Shown in pieces: positions 50,623 to 63,845 of a DNA stretch of 64,000 nt (position 1 is the stretch's first letter; each line of letters begins with the position of its first letter). The notes below the pieces were generated by a model, which worked only from the letters and a program-made list of their open reading frames with translations, was not told the origin of the DNA and searched no databases. A program made the position numbers and the translations under genes. Origin of the DNA: Scenedesmus sp. PABB004 (taxonomy: Eukaryota); NCBI GenBank assembly GCA_014905635.1, contig JABVCE010000034.1, positions 1 to 64,000 of the forward strand. The letters are read 5' to 3'.

Positions 50623-51549
50623 TCAGAGCAGGTCCAGGAACGCGTCTGCGCCCTGCCCCAGGTCCCACACCGCCACGCCGACGCCGAGCCGCGCCGCGAG
50701 CTGCAGCCGCGCCTCCAGCATCGGCGGCGTGGGGTAGTACATGGTGGTCCGCCACCCGCCGCCCTGCGGGGGGCGGGCGCGCGGCGGGGCAGCGTGCGTG
50801 GGCGGGCAGCGCGCCGCGCGTCGTGCAGCGGCGCGGCCCGCGCCGCCCGCGGCGGACCTTGAACTTGATTTTGTGCTCCGCCGCCGCAGCGTCCCACCGC
50901 AGTGCCGCGTTGTGGGTGCGGAGCGCCGCCTGAAAGTCGGGCCACTTGACCGCGCCGCGCGTCGGCGCGGCGCCGCCGGCGTCGGGCTTGCGCCAGCTCC
51001 AGCCGTAAAAGGGCAGGCCAATGAAGAGCTGCCCGGCCGGCACTGCGCGCCGCGGGTGGGCGTCGCGGGCGCCGTGGGCGCGCGTGCGCGCCGCGCGGGG
51101 GCCGGGTGCCTCCCAGCCGGCCAGTGGCGCCGGCCGGCGCCGGCCGCGCGGCGCGCGGCGCGCACCCGGCGTGGGCGTCACCGTCTCCGCCGCCTCGTCC
51201 TCCGCCGCGTCGCCGCCGCCGTCGGCGCCCAGGCCGCGCGTCGGGTCGCTCGGCGCGCGGAGCTTTGCGGGCGCGGGGTCGAGCAGCGCGCGCGCGTTGG
51301 CCTCGACCCACGGCAGCGGCGCGTTGGGCCCCGCGTCGGCGCCGGCGTGGTCGTAGGTCATGATGTTGATGCTCACGCCCGCCGCGGCGAGGGCGCAGAG
51401 GTGCACCGCGCTCGACGTGAGCCGCGGCTCCGCGCCGTCAAACACCGGCGGCGGCGCCGGCAGCACGAGCACCTGGCGGCGGCCGCGCGCGCACACGGCC
51501 CGTCGGCGCGCGGGGGCGGCGCGCGGGGCAGCGCGCCCGCGCGGCGGCA

Positions 51550-51604
<55 letters not shown>

Positions 51605-52127
51605 AGGGCGAGCACCTTGCCCTTGGCCTTCAGCGCCGCGCCGAGCTTTGCGACCAGCTCCAGGGACGCCTGCACAACCTGCGTGAGGGCAAAGCCTCCG
51701 GAGCCCGCGAGCTGCAGCCAAACCTCAAACGCCTGCGCCGCGGCCGCGGCGGCACCGGCGGCGGCAGCGGTGCTGCTTCGCGCGCGCTCGGGCGGCGGCG
51801 GCGCGGGCGCGGCGCCGCGGGCGCGGCCGACGGGTGCCGCGCGGGTGCTGCCTGGCCATGCTCACGAGGCCATCGAAGCCCTGCTTCTCCACCTCCTCCA
51901 GCAGCATGTCGATCACAGACTCAGGCTGGCCGCGGCGTGCGTGGCAGCACGGCGGGGGGCGCGGGCAGGGTGTCGGCGCGGCGCGGCCGCCGGCGCGCGC
52001 GCGCCCGCGCAGGGCGTGCGCGGCCGCTGGGCCGCCGCCGGCGGCGCACCTCCTCGAGCATTCTGACCAGCTGCGCGGTGGGCAGCTCCGAGATCACGCG
52101 CGGCACGATCAGCGGCGGCGCCTGCCA

Positions 52128-52161
<34 letters not shown>

Positions 52162-53066
52162 CAATGAGCGCGCGGCGCGCAGCCGCCGGCGTCCAGTGGT
52201 GGGCCCGCGCCGCCCCGCCGCGCGGCGCCCACCGCGTCAAAGTCGGCGCCGCAGGTCTGGCTGCCGGCGTCGCCGTGGCAGTCGGCCTCGCGCGTGACGG
52301 GCGCGCGCAGGCGCGCGATCCAGGCCTGGTCCACGTCGTGTGCGCCCGTGAGCCGAATGCCGTCGTCGTCGCCGCCCTTGTCCGTGGTCGGCCGCAGCTG
52401 GTACCACACCGGGCTAATCTGCACGGCGCGCGGCGGCGGCGGCGAGCGGCGCCGGCTCGGCGCGCGCGCGCACAGGGCTGGCCCGTGCGCGCAGCGCGCG
52501 GCCCGGCCACCGCGTGCTCACGTGCGTGAACTTGGCGCGCCAGCGCTCCGCCACCTCGTAGCCATGGCCGTGCCTGCGCAGGCGGCGGCGGCAGTGTGGG
52601 CGGCCGCGCCGCGCCGGGCGCCTGGCGGGCCGCGAGGCAGCACAGCGCTGCGCCGAGCGGGCTCACCAGGGCGTCACAAAGCCCAGCACCGGGCCCTTGA
52701 AGTTCCTGTTGGCCGTGCCCCGGAAGTAGTCATCGCCCTCCTGCGCGCGGGGCAGGTGGCGGCCGGCGGCGCGTTCGCACGTGGCGGCGCGCCGGCAGCG
52801 CGAGCGGCGGCGCCGGCAGCGATAGTCAACGCCGCACCGCGAGCAGGAGCTTGCTAGTGAGCTTCTTGGGGTCGGTCAGGCCGCGCTCCGCGGCCGTGCG
52901 GTCGGTGGGGCCTGCGGCACCGGCGGCGGTTGCAGCAGCGAGCCGCGCGGCCGGCGGGCAGCCCCCAAAGCGCACCTGCGCCCGCACGCGACGCCAGGGC
53001 CGCCAGCAGCACCAGCAGCGCCAGCGCGCGCTGGGCGGGCCGCACGGCAGCGCGCGGCGCCGCCAT
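50623..53066 (-). CDS. CHID1: Chitinase domain-containing protein 1 (GH18-like)
   Basis: Signal peptide, VLGFVTPW, KFTHISPVWYQL, FDGLVFE, IMTYD, GPNAPLPW, GLPFYG, YPT and WDLGQG. Confidence 0.88.
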
Positions 53067-53296
53067 TTTCGACCGGCACGCCGCTGCTGCCGGGCGCGCG
53101 TCGCAGAACAGAACAGAGGCCGCGCGCGGCGATGCGCGCTCGGTATGGCCTTCCCGGAGAGGTGTGAGGACGGGCGGCGGCGGCTCGCGCTTCTCTGCGC
53201 GCGCCAGGGCACAAGCGCCGCCGAGCCCCGTGCGTGAACGATCGAGGCCGCAGGTTACCCAGGTTCACACAGTCCTGCCGCTCCGCCCGAGCACCG

Positions 53297-55830
53297 TCAC
53301 GCGCGGCCGTGGCCGTCGCGCAGCAGGGCGTCCATCTGCCCGACCAGCGCGTCCTCGCCGCCGCCGCCGCCGCCGCTGCGCGCCGCGGCGGGCGCCGCGT
53401 CAAAGCTGATCAGGTCGTCTGGCGGCGGGGCGGCGGGGCGGGGCGGGCGTGAGGCGGAGGGGCTCTGCGCGAGGCCGGGCGGCGGCGGGCGCCCCGCGCA
53501 CTGGCGCGCGCGCCGCGCCGCGCCGCGCCGCGCACCCTTGGGCACCGCCGCGGCGCCGCGCCGCGTCTGCAGCGCGCCGTCCTCGCCCTCCTCCTCCTCC
53601 TCGTCAAGCAGCGTGAACGTCGCGGCGCCGCCGCCGGCGCCGCTGCTGCTGGCCGCCGCGGCCGGCGCCGCGCCGCCCGCCGACGACGAGGACGCCGCCG
53701 CCCCCGCCGCCGCCGCCGCGGCGGCGCCGCGCCTGCGCCGCGCGCGGGGCAGGGAGCGGGGCTCGGGGGCGGCGCCGCGTGCGGGCCACCGCGCCCGCTG
53801 CGCCGCGCCGCGCAGCGCGCCGCCGCCGCCGCCGGCGCCGCCGTGCGCTCACCGCCGCCGCTGCTGCTGGCGCGCGCGAGCCGCTCGTAGTCTGCCAGGG
53901 CGCGGCTGAGGTCATCGTTCGCGGACAGCGCGGCGCTGACCTGGTGCTCGTCGCCGAGGCGGGGGATGAGCTCCGCCAGGAGCGCCTTGTACCTGCGCGC
54001 GCGGCGCGCGGCGGGCGCGGGCGCGGCGGGGCGGCGGGCTGGTCGGAGGGCGCGACGCGCGCGCGTGCGCGGGCGGGGCGCGGCGCGGCGCGGCGGCGGC
54101 GCGCCCGCGCGCCCCTCCCGCGCCGCGCGGCGTGCCTGAGGCACTGGTCAACGAGGTCGGCCACGAAGCTCTCCTGCAGGCCGCCCGCGTCGCCGCCGGC
54201 CTTGATGGGCGCGAGCATCTCCGCCAGGAGCTCCGCGCTGTTGCGGCTCACGCGCAGCGTCGTCTCCACGTCCTCGCGGCTGCTCGGCACGGGCGCGCCG
54301 CCGCCGGCGGCGCCCGGCGCGGGCGCGCCGCCCGGCGCCGGCACCGCGCCCGCGCCGGCCACCATCGGCGGCGGCGCGGCGGCGTGCGGCGGGTGGTAGC
54401 CTGCGGCGCGGCGCGGCGCAGCGCGGCCGGCCGGCCGGTCGGCGCGACGCAGCGCGGCGCGGCGCGGGCACGCGCGGGGCGCGGGGCGCGGCGGGCGGGC
54501 GGGCCGCACCCGGCGGCGGCACGTAGCCCGGCGGCCGGATCGCGCCGCCAAACAGCACCGCGGGGCCCATCACGGCGGGCACGTGCCCCGCCGCCGGCAG
54601 CCCGGGCGGCGCGAGCGCCGCGTCGCGCGCCGCCGCGGCCGCCTCCTGCGCCTCGAGGTCGGCCACCGCCGCCGCGATCGCGGCGCGGTCCTCCGGCGAT
54701 ATGCCCTGCGCCGCCGCGACCTCGGCGGGCGGCGCCGGCGGGGGCGTGTAGTATGGCACCGCGGCCGCCTCGTCCGCGGGCGCCGCGGGGCGCACGGGGA
54801 AGTCGACGCCGCGGTCCTGTGTGACGCGGCGGGCGGGGCGCGGTCACGCCGGGCGCTGCACGCACCCACGCGGGGCGCGCCGCGCCACGGCGCCCGCCGC
54901 CGCCGCCGCCGCTGGCTCCCGGCGCGCCGCGCGCGCCGCACCAGCAGGCTCTCGTACGCCTCGTTGTACGCCGGCAGCGGCAGGCCGCGCGCAAAGTCCT
55001 CGACCAGGCCCAGCGCGCGGTCGCGCACCTCGGGGTCCCACTGCGGCGCGCGGGCGGTCAGCGGCGGGGACCGCTGCCGGCGGCCGCGGCGGCGGCGGCG
55101 GCCGCGGCGGCGCGGGCGGGCCTCACGTTGCGCAGCGGCTCGCCCGCGCGCATGATCTCGGCCCAGAGCTCGCTATAGATGAGCTGCTGGAAGAAAAAGG
55201 GCACGCAGTTCTTCACGCACGCCTCCAGCAGCTGCGGCGGCCGGCAGCAGCGGGCGGCGCGCTGGGCGGCGCAGACGGGCGGGCGCGCAGCGCGCGCGGG
55301 CAGGCGGGCGGGCGGCCGGCAGCGGGCGCAGCGCGCGCACCGTCAGGGCGAGCAGCTGGGAGTGGATGCTCGGGCGCAGCAGCACGCGGCGCAGCGCGCG
55401 GTAGACCTTGTCGCTCGCGCCCCTGCGGCGCCGCCGCAGCAGCGCGCGTCGGGACGCGCCGGGGCGACGCGCCGACAGCGGCGCGCTGCGCTGGGCGGGA
55501 CGCTGCGCTGCGCTGCGCGCTGCGCTCTGCGCGCACGTGGGGTCGTTGTTGATGGTGTCGACGAGCTCAAAGTTGAGGCCCCAGTCGGGCCCGGTGAGCA
55601 GCTCCGACGTCGCGCGCTCGACGTGGTCCGTCAGGCGGCGCTCAAACGCGTCGGGCGGCCCCGCCGCCACCTGCGCCGCGCCGCGCGTGGACGTGTGTGT
55701 GTGTCCGGGGGGGGGGGGCGTGGGCGCGCCGCGCTCCCGGCAGGCCAGCGCGCACCTCCTTGAACACCTCCGTGAACTTGCCCTTGAGGCTCTGCAGGAA
55801 GCCGCCGCCGCCGCCGACCCCGCCCGCCAT
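53297..55830 (-). CDS. TOM1-like VHS-GAT protein
   Basis: VERATSELLTGPDWGLNFELVDTIN, LLEACVKNC, RGVDFP, and a GAT region with LVDQC..ALSANDDL. C-terminal DLISFD motif. Confidence 0.88.
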
Positions 55831-56701
55831 CGTGGCACCAGGGAAAGAGTGGGGCCGCTCGCGCGGCGCTGCGCACGGCAGCCGCGACACGCTGCGGGGC
55901 AGGGCGGGGCGCGGGGCGCGGGCGGGTCGGGCGCGCGCTCATGCGGCGCAGCTGCTGCCCGGCGCTGTGTGGCGCGCTGCCGCCGCTGCGCGGCGGGTGT
56001 CCACGTGGGGCGGCAGGCAGAGAGGAGGCGGCGGGCCCCGCAGGCGCTTGGATCGCGGCGGCGCGGCAGCAGCTGCGCCCGCAGCGGCGCGCGCAACCGC
56101 TGCCGCGCTCTGCCACCGCCGCCTGCCGCCCGCGCGCGCTGCGTTCGCGCGTCCGCGTCAACGCCAGCAGGCACGCCGGCACGCCGCAGGGAGGAGCTCA
56201 CCCTCGCTGCCGCGCTGGCGAGCAGCAGACGCGTGCGACTCACGTTCCCGCTGCTCCGCTCACGTGTGGCTGTCGGGCGGTGTCGCGCGGGGCGGTGGGC
56301 GGGTGGGTGTGGCGGGTCGCGCGGCGACGGCGCGCGGGGCGCGCGGGTGGCGACGGGAGGCGCGCGGGCGGGCGGTGTAAATCCTGAGCCCCCGCGCTGG
56401 CCGAACAGATCGTGCCCGGCACGACGCGGGCATCAACGCAGCAGCATCGCTCGCGCGCAGGAGCACCAGCAGCAGCAGCAGCGCAGGCAGCCCTCGCCAG
56501 CAGCGCCACGACCGCGCGTGCCGCCGCTGCCGCGCCCACCCGCCGCCTGCGCCCCAGCCGAGGCCCGGCGCGGCGAGGGGAGGGGGTGATCCGGCCTTGG
56601 CTGGGGGCCGCAGCGGCGGCCGAGCACCGGCCGAGCAGCGGCGGGCGGCGAGCACCGGCGAGCAGCGGCGGCCTGCGCGCCGCCGCCGCACGCCCTTCGC
56701 C

Positions 56702-57955
56702 ATGGACTACGGCGGCTACGGCGGCTACGAGGACGACGGCCTGGGCGGCCTGGGCGGCGACGACGGCCTCGGGGGCGCGGTCGACTACGGCGAGCCCGCA
56801 GCGCCGGCGGCCGACGAGTCGCTGCTCTATGGCGACGCCGCGCTCATGCTCGCCGCCGGCGGCGACGCGGCCGCGCTGCAGGCCGGCGCGGCGGCCGTGC
56901 CCGCCGGCGCCGCGGCGCCCGGCGCCGACGGCGGCGCGGACCAGGAGCTCGGCGCCGCGCTCGACGAGGCGCTGTTCGGCGACGGCGGCGGCGGCGCGCC
57001 GGCGTCGCAGCTCGACTCGGGCTCGGCGCTGCCGTCGCGCAGCGCGCGCGGCGGCGGCGGCGGGAGCAGCTACTATGACGACGACGATGACGAGATGACC
57101 GAGGACGAGCGCTACGGCGACGACGGCGACGAGCAGACGGGCGGGCGCGGGCCCGGCGCGCCGCCGGCCGAGCCCGAGCCGCTCAGCCCCGGCGCGGCCG
57201 AGGCGCAGCGTCAGAACGCGTGGTACAAGTGCGTGCGTGCGCGGCAGCGAAGAGGAGGGCGGGAGCGACGGGGCAGGGAGGGGACGGGCGCGGCGCGGCG
57301 CGGCGCAGGCCCGGGCCGGGGGGCTGAGCGCTGCGCCGCCGCCGCGCGCCGTGCGCCGCGCTGCCGCCAGGGAGTGCTTTGACGCGATGAGCGAGGCGCA
57401 GCGCAACCGGCTGGAGGCGTACATCCGCAGCAACCTGCAGAAGAAGACGATGAAAAAGGTTCGCGGCCGCGCCCGCGGCGCGGCGGCGGGCTGGGGGGCC
57501 GGCCGAGGGCGGCCGCGGGCGGGCGGGGCAGCACAGGGACGCCCGGCGCGCCGCCGCCGCGCCGCGCCCAGCAGCGGCCCGCGCGCCGCGCGCGCGCGCG
57601 CGCAGGTGCTGCAGGAGCTCACCGGCTCCGCGCTGAACGACCGGCTGGTCATTGCGATCAGCAGCATCACCAAGATGTTTGTGGGCGAGCTCGTAGAGAC
57701 GGGTGCGGCGCGCCCGGCCAGCGCCGGCGGGCCGGGCGCGACGTGCGAAGCCGCCGCCGCCGCTGACGCCGCCGCCGCCGCGGCCGCCGCCGCCGCGGCC
57801 GCCGCCGCCGCCGCGCAGCGCGCCAGATCGCGGCGCGGCAGGGCCACAGCGGCGCGCTGCTGCCGAGCCACGTGCGCGCGGCGTTCAACGCGCTCTGCGA
57901 CGACGGGCGCGGGCCGGGGCACGCCTCGACGCGGCCGCTGCGCCTGCTGCGGTGA
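56702..57955 (+). CDS. TAF11: TFIID subunit TAF11, 4 exons
   Basis: MSEAQRNRLEAYIRS..KK, VIAISSITKMFVGELVETAR and LLPSHVRAA. Confidence 0.9.
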
Positions 57956-58034
57956 CGCCCGCCCGCCGCCGGCGCGACCGGCTGCTGTACAGTTGTTTCA
58001 TCGGTCGGGGGCATGCTGCAACACGCATGCCGGC

Positions 58035-58066
58035 TGAGGGTTGAGGGTTGAGGGTTGCCCTCAACC
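58035..58066. repeat. (TGAGGGT)x3 telomere-like repeat with fold-back
   Basis: TGAGGGTTGAGGGTTGAGGGTTGCCCTCAACC. Confidence 0.8.
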
Positions 58067-58265
58067 GCCGCCGTCGCGCTGCTTCGCCGTGGAGCCTGCC
58101 CTCGCGCCTCCCCCTCGCTCGCCAGCACCCGCACCCGCAAGCAGGCACCGCTCAGCGCATGCGTGGACACACACCGCTGCGAGCCGGACACGTGAGCGAG
58201 CCCGACAGCGCCGCGCCAGGCTGCTGTTCGCCGCCGCCGATGCAGCAGCCCCCCGGCCGCCCGTG

Positions 58266-59913
58266 ATGGCGCCCGACACGCCGGCCACGCGCGAGAGCCC
58301 CGAACCCGAGCCACCGGGCATGCCGTCGGCGGCAGCGCCGCCGCGCCGCCAGCGGTGGTGGCTGCTCGCAGCGGTCGTCGGAGCGGTGCTCGCGCACGGC
58401 AGCGGCAGCAGCGGCAGCCCCGGTAGCAGCACCAGCGGCAGAGGCAGCGGCGGCGGCGGCGGCGCCGGCCCGCCGCTGCAGCCCGGCACGCCCTTCGCCG
58501 CCGCACCTGGGAGCGTGATCGCGATCGCGGACCTGCACGGAGACCCGGGCAAGGCCGTCACGGCGCTGCAGCTGCTGGGCGTGCTGGACGCTGAGGGGCG
58601 GTGGGCCGCGAGCGCGCGCGGGCTGACGGTCGTGCAGCTGGGCGACCTGGTGGACCGCGGGCACGACAGCCTCGGCGCGCTGCGCCTCATGCACGGCCTG
58701 CAGGACGCCGCGCGCGCGGCGGGCAGCCGCGTCGTGCTGCTTCACGGCAACCACGAGCTGCTCAATTTGGGCGGCGACTTCCGGTGCGGCGGCGCGGGGG
58801 CACGTGGGGGCGCGCGGCGTGCGTGCGCGCGTGGAGGCGCGAGCCACGGCAGCCGACTGCCGCGCCCCGCGCGCGCGCTCGCCGCGCAGCTACGTGGCCG
58901 TCGCGGAGCTGACGCGGCTCGGCTGGCGCGGCGGGGCAGAGCGCGCCGCGGCGCCGAGCGGCGGCGGCCGGCACGGCCCGACCGCAGAGGACGCCGCCGC
59001 GTTTGCGCGCGGCGCCACGCTCTGGCGAGAGATGTGGCGCGTCGCAGATGCAGCGGCGGCGGCGCCGCCGGCGGCAGCAACGGCGGGGCCGGCGGGCGCG
59101 GGCGCGGTCGGCGCGACGGGCTCGCTGCGCGGGGCCATCGCCGCGCGGCACCAGCTGGTCGCGGTGCTGGGCGAGGGGCCCTGCGCGACCGCGTTTGTGC
59201 ACGCAGCACTCACGCCTCACATACTGGCAGAGGCGCTCGCCATCGCTGACAATACCACAACCGCCACGGCCGCGGCGGCGGAGGCGGCGCAGCCGGCAGC
59301 AGCGTTGCCGCACTCGCACCTCGCCCACCGCCGGGGGCCCGCCGGCGCGGAGACCACCGCTGCGCAGCTGCAGCGGCTCAACGATCTGGTGGCGCAGAGC
59401 GTGCGCGAGTGCGGCGAGCGCCACTGCCCGGGCGGCAGCTCGCCGCAGGCCGCGCGTGTGTGGGCGCTGCTGGGCGACGCGCAGGGCCCCCTGTGGGCGC
59501 GCCACCAGGTGGGCGCGCCCGCCGCTCCAGCCGGCCCGCGCGGCCTGCGCGCGCAGCGTGCAGCGCGCAGCGCACGCGGGGCGGGGCGCGACCCTCGCAC
59601 GCGCCGCCGCCAGGCGCAGGGAGGGCCGGAGGCGCGCGTATGCGCACACCTCGACGACGTGCTGCGGCGGCTCGGCGCGGCGCGCCTGGTTATCGGGCAC
59701 ACGCCGCAGGAGAGCGGGCGCGCCGGGTCGCGCTGCGGCGGGCGGCTGCTGCTGCTGGACACTGGGATGTCGGAGCACATGTACGACGCGGCGCCGGCGG
59801 CGTGGGTCTGCGAGCCCGGCGCGGGGGGTGGCGGCGCCGCGGTGACGGCGGGCGGTGCGGGGCCGCGGTGTGGAGTGCTCTATGCCGACGGGTGGTGGAG
59901 CCCGGCGTCGTAA
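58266..59913 (+). CDS. Shewanella-like PPP/calcineurin-like metallophosphoesterase with a hydrophobic N-terminal segment
   Basis: ADLHGD, GDLVDRG, GNHE, FVHA, GPLWAR, IGHTPQ and LDTGMS. Confidence 0.9.
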
Positions 59914-60234
59914 CGCGTAACCTCTGTGCCGCCCGCCTTGCGACGCGAAGAAGGGCCCTTGCGCGGGCTGCGCGACTCTCAGCCGCCAAAGCCAGTGCCA
60001 GGGCTGAACAGCCTTGGGGCGCCACCACCGCCGCGGGGCGTCGCTGCCGTCGCTGCCGCCGCCGCCGGGGCGGCCGTAGCTGGCAGCAGCGACGCGGGGC
60101 AGGCCGGCGCGCACTGGCAGCTGCCCGGCCCGCCGGCGCAGGGGCAGCAGCAGGGCGGCGCGAGGGGTCAGCCTGGGCACGGCGTGGGCCCACACGCCGC
60201 GCAGCTCGCCTCCAGCGCGCCGCCGCTGCCAGCG

Positions 60235-61117
60235 ATGGCCGCCCCGGCGGAGGCGCCACGCAGCAGCCTGCCCGCGGCGCAGCCTGCAGACGCGCAGGCT
60301 CCTCTGCGCTGCCTACCCGCGCCTTCAGAGGTGGTGCACCGAGACTTTCGGCCGCCCTCGACGGCGCAGCAGCAGCGCTCGCCGCCGGCGCAGCAGCAGC
60401 GCTTGCGGCTGCTCACCTTCAATATAGAGCGCGGGTACCAGCTGCAACAGGTGAGCACGACAGCTGAGCACGACCGCGACCAGGCCGCCGCCCGCCAGCG
60501 GGCGCCGCGCAACCCGCGCCGCGCCGCCGCAGGTCATCGCGGAGCTGCGCGCCGCGGACGCCGACGTGATCGCGCTGCAGGAGGTCGACATCGGCTGCGA
60601 CCGCAGCGGACGCGCCGACGTGTGCGCTGCGATCGGCGCCGCGCTCGGGCTCAACACGCTGTTCCTGTGCGAGTTTCAGGAGCTCCGCTCGCCGCTGCGG
60701 GACGCGCGGTCCCAGGGCGGCGGCGTGCACGGCAACGCGATACTCACGCGGCTCGACTTTGAGTCGTGGAGCGTCGTGGAGCACAGCCTGCATCCCGTCG
60801 ACTGGAACCTGCCGCCCGAGGTGCGAGGCGCGCAGGGGACGCGGCGGGCTGCGCGCTGGCGGGGCCCCCGCAGCCGCGCGCGCTGCCGCCGACGACGGGC
60901 CCCGCCCGCGCGCCCCAGGCGCAGCCACACCCGCTCGCGGCGCGCGAGCCGCGCCGCGGGCGGCGCCTGACACTCGCGGCCGACGTGGCGACGCCGCTCG
61001 GCCCGCTGCGCGTGTATTGCGCCCACCTGGAGGTCTTTTGCGGCATGCTGTCGCGCGTGTGGCAGCTGTCCGACATCTTCGCGGACGTTCGGCGCCACGT
61101 GTGCGCGCGGCGGCGCG

Positions 61118-61157
<40 letters not shown>

Positions 61158-61806
61158 GCGGCCCGCCGTCGCAGCAGCGGCCATCCTGGGCGACCTCAAC
61201 ACCATGGCCCACGGCGTGGCGCGCCTCAGCCGGCACTACTGCGCCGACCCGCCGGGCCTGGCGGCGATGCGCTGGCGCAGCCTGGGGCTCACCGAAGCAC
61301 AGTGGTGGCAGCGGCACGTGATGTCGGTCGCCGGTGCGGCCCGGCGCGGCGCCGCGCGCAGAGCCGTGCGCCGGCGGCGCGCCCGCCCACACGTGCGCCG
61401 ACGGTTGCGGCGCCGCCGCGCGCAGAGCCGTGCGCCGTCAACGCGCGCCTGCTGGCGCTCGGCCTGCCGCGCCGCGTCGCCGAGGCGGCGGTCAACCCGG
61501 GTGCGTCGGCTGCAGCCGGGCGGCGGGCCGCGCGCGCGGCGGGGGCCCCGACGTCGGGGCGCGCCGCCCAGCTGGAGCGCCGCGCCGCGCTGTCCAGGGT
61601 TTTTCGACCCCTTTGATGTCGCCGGCGTGACGCTGGACAACCCCTCGTACCAGCTGCGCCTCGGCGGGCGCGTGCTGCTGCGCGGCATGGCGGGCAAGCT
61701 GGACTGGGCGCTGCTGCGCGGCCTGCGCGTGCTCGGGACGGCCATGGGCGCCGGCTTCGAGGCGTCGGACCACCTCTGGCTGGCCGTCGACGTCGCGGCA
61801 CTGTGA
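60235..61806 (+). CDS. Endonuclease/exonuclease/phosphatase (EEP) family protein
   Basis: LLTFNIERG, DVIALQEVD, GNAILTR, CAHL, GDLN, KLDW and SDH. Confidence 0.88.
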
Positions 61807-62487
61807 GAGCGCCCGGGCCCTGCGCCGGGCCCGGCCTGCGGCCCCTGGAGCGGCGGCTGCGCTGCGATGCGCGCGCGGCGCGCGCCGCGCGCGCGCGGCG
61901 CCGCGCGAGCCCGTGCCTGCGCGCGCCTCCCGCGGGCGGCTCACTGGGCGCGCGCCATGTCGAACGAACGAGGCCGCCGGCCGGCCCGACTCCCGAGCTA
62001 CCCGCAGCAGCAGCGTCTTCGGTAGCGCGCCCGCCCGATCGGGCGCAGAGCTGGGTGTTGTCGGGGTGCCTCGGGGCAGCGAGCGCGGGCCGCGCAGCGA
62101 GCACAGGCGGCAGAGGCGCGCGCCCCGCATGCGACTCGTGCCGGGTGAGCCTGGGGGCGCGCCGCGCAGCGTCGGAGCGCGCGAGAGGGGCCCTGGCGCG
62201 CCCGGGCGGGGCGGGCGGCGCGGCCAGCTCGCGGGACAGCAGGGCGCGAATGATGGTGGGCGCCCCTCGCGCCCGGCGAGGGCCGGCGCCGGCCCTCGCC
62301 GCTCCGGCGGCGGCGGAAGGCCGCGCTCCGGGGCTCGGATGGGCTGCGGGGGCCCCGGGCGGCGGTGCGGCGGGGGCCACACGACCCCGCCATCCAGGCG
62401 CGGCCGCGCGACGCGCGCCCCCCTGCCGCGCGCTGCCGAGCGCTCGTCGTCCGCCCCGCGCCGCCTTGATCGCAGGGTCCCGAGGTT

Positions 62488-63808
62488 GATGGGATTGAGC
62501 GACGCGCCGGGCGCGAGCGGAGAGGCATCCCCACGCGCCGCGCCGCCGGCGCACGGCTGCGCGGCCGCGGGCGAGCCCGACGGCACGGGCACGCCCGACG
62601 CCAAGGACGCGCCAGCAAAGGCGTTCAGCGCGGCGGCAAGCGATGAGGAGCACGACGCGGCGGCAGCAGCGCACGCGCACGTAGCCGGCGGCGCCGGCGA
62701 GCCGCACGCGATGGGCATCCGCCGCCACGGCGGCGGGGCCAAGGGCGGCAACTTCGCCTGGGGCCCCGGCCCCTGCAGGCGGTGCCGCCGCCCATGCTGT
62801 GCGGCGGCAAGCACGGCCTGCTCGCGCCGCCGCCGCCGCCGGCGGCAGCCGCGGGGCAGCAGGGCGCGCTGCTGCTGAGCGCGCTGCAGGCGGGCGACAA
62901 GCAGCAGCACGTGCACCACCACCCGGCGGCGCAGGGCGACGCGTTCGCGAGCTACGGCGGCGCCGCCGCTGCGCCGGCGTCGTCGGACGAGCTGGCACGG
63001 CTGGACGGGCCCGTGTCGCGCTCCGGCAGCGGCGCGAGCAGCCAGGACGGCGCGGCGGCGGCGGCGGCGGTCGGCTTGCTGTCGCCGCGCGCGCCGCGCG
63101 GCGCGCGCGGCCACGACCAGAACCCGCGCGGCCGCGCCGGCCAGCAGCCGGCGCCGCTCGCGCACGACGCGCCGACCGACGGCGGCGGCGCGCCGGCGCA
63201 CGGGCTGCGGCCGCGGCCCCTGGTGCTGCCGGATGAGGACGACCTGCTGTCGGATGTGGCGCCGCCAGCGCCGTCGCGGCTCAAGCAGCAGGCGCTGGCC
63301 AGCGCCGCGGTGCAGCAGCAGCACCAGCAGCACCAGCAGCAGCTCGCGCACCACCAGCAGGTGCTGCGCGCGGCGGGCGCGCACATCGGCAGCAGCCCCG
63401 CGGCGGGCGGCGCCAAGGGCAAGGTCCAGCAGCAGGCGCCCGGCCGCGGCGGGGGCCAGCAGCAGCAGCAGCACCAGCCGGCCGGCGGGGGCGCCACACC
63501 CACGAGCGCCGGCGCGGGCGGCGCGGCCTGGGGCGGCCCGGTGCAGCCGCCGCCGCCGCCGCCTCGGCGGCAAGTGGTCATGCTGCCGTCGCAGGACATT
63601 CGCAAGGCGCCCGGCACGCTCGTGCCCGCGGCAGCGCACGGCTCGCGCGGGCCGCCGCCGCCCGGCGTGCAGCCGGGCGGCCGCATGCAGGCGCCGCACC
63701 ACGTGGGGGTGCCCCACCCGGCTCCGCCGCCGCTGGCCATGTTGTCGCCCGGCGGGGCGCTGCACCGCCGCGGGGGGCCGCCGTCGCCCATGGCGCCGCC
63801 GGGCGCGC

Positions 63809-63845
<37 letters not shown>

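Noticed and set aside
59911..59913. Stop-codon reassignment (TAA as Gln) as the explanation for the in-frame TAA
   Set aside because: I noticed no in-frame TAA or TAG in the conserved exons I read, and TAG terminates other genes (1801, 50205) at expected ends.
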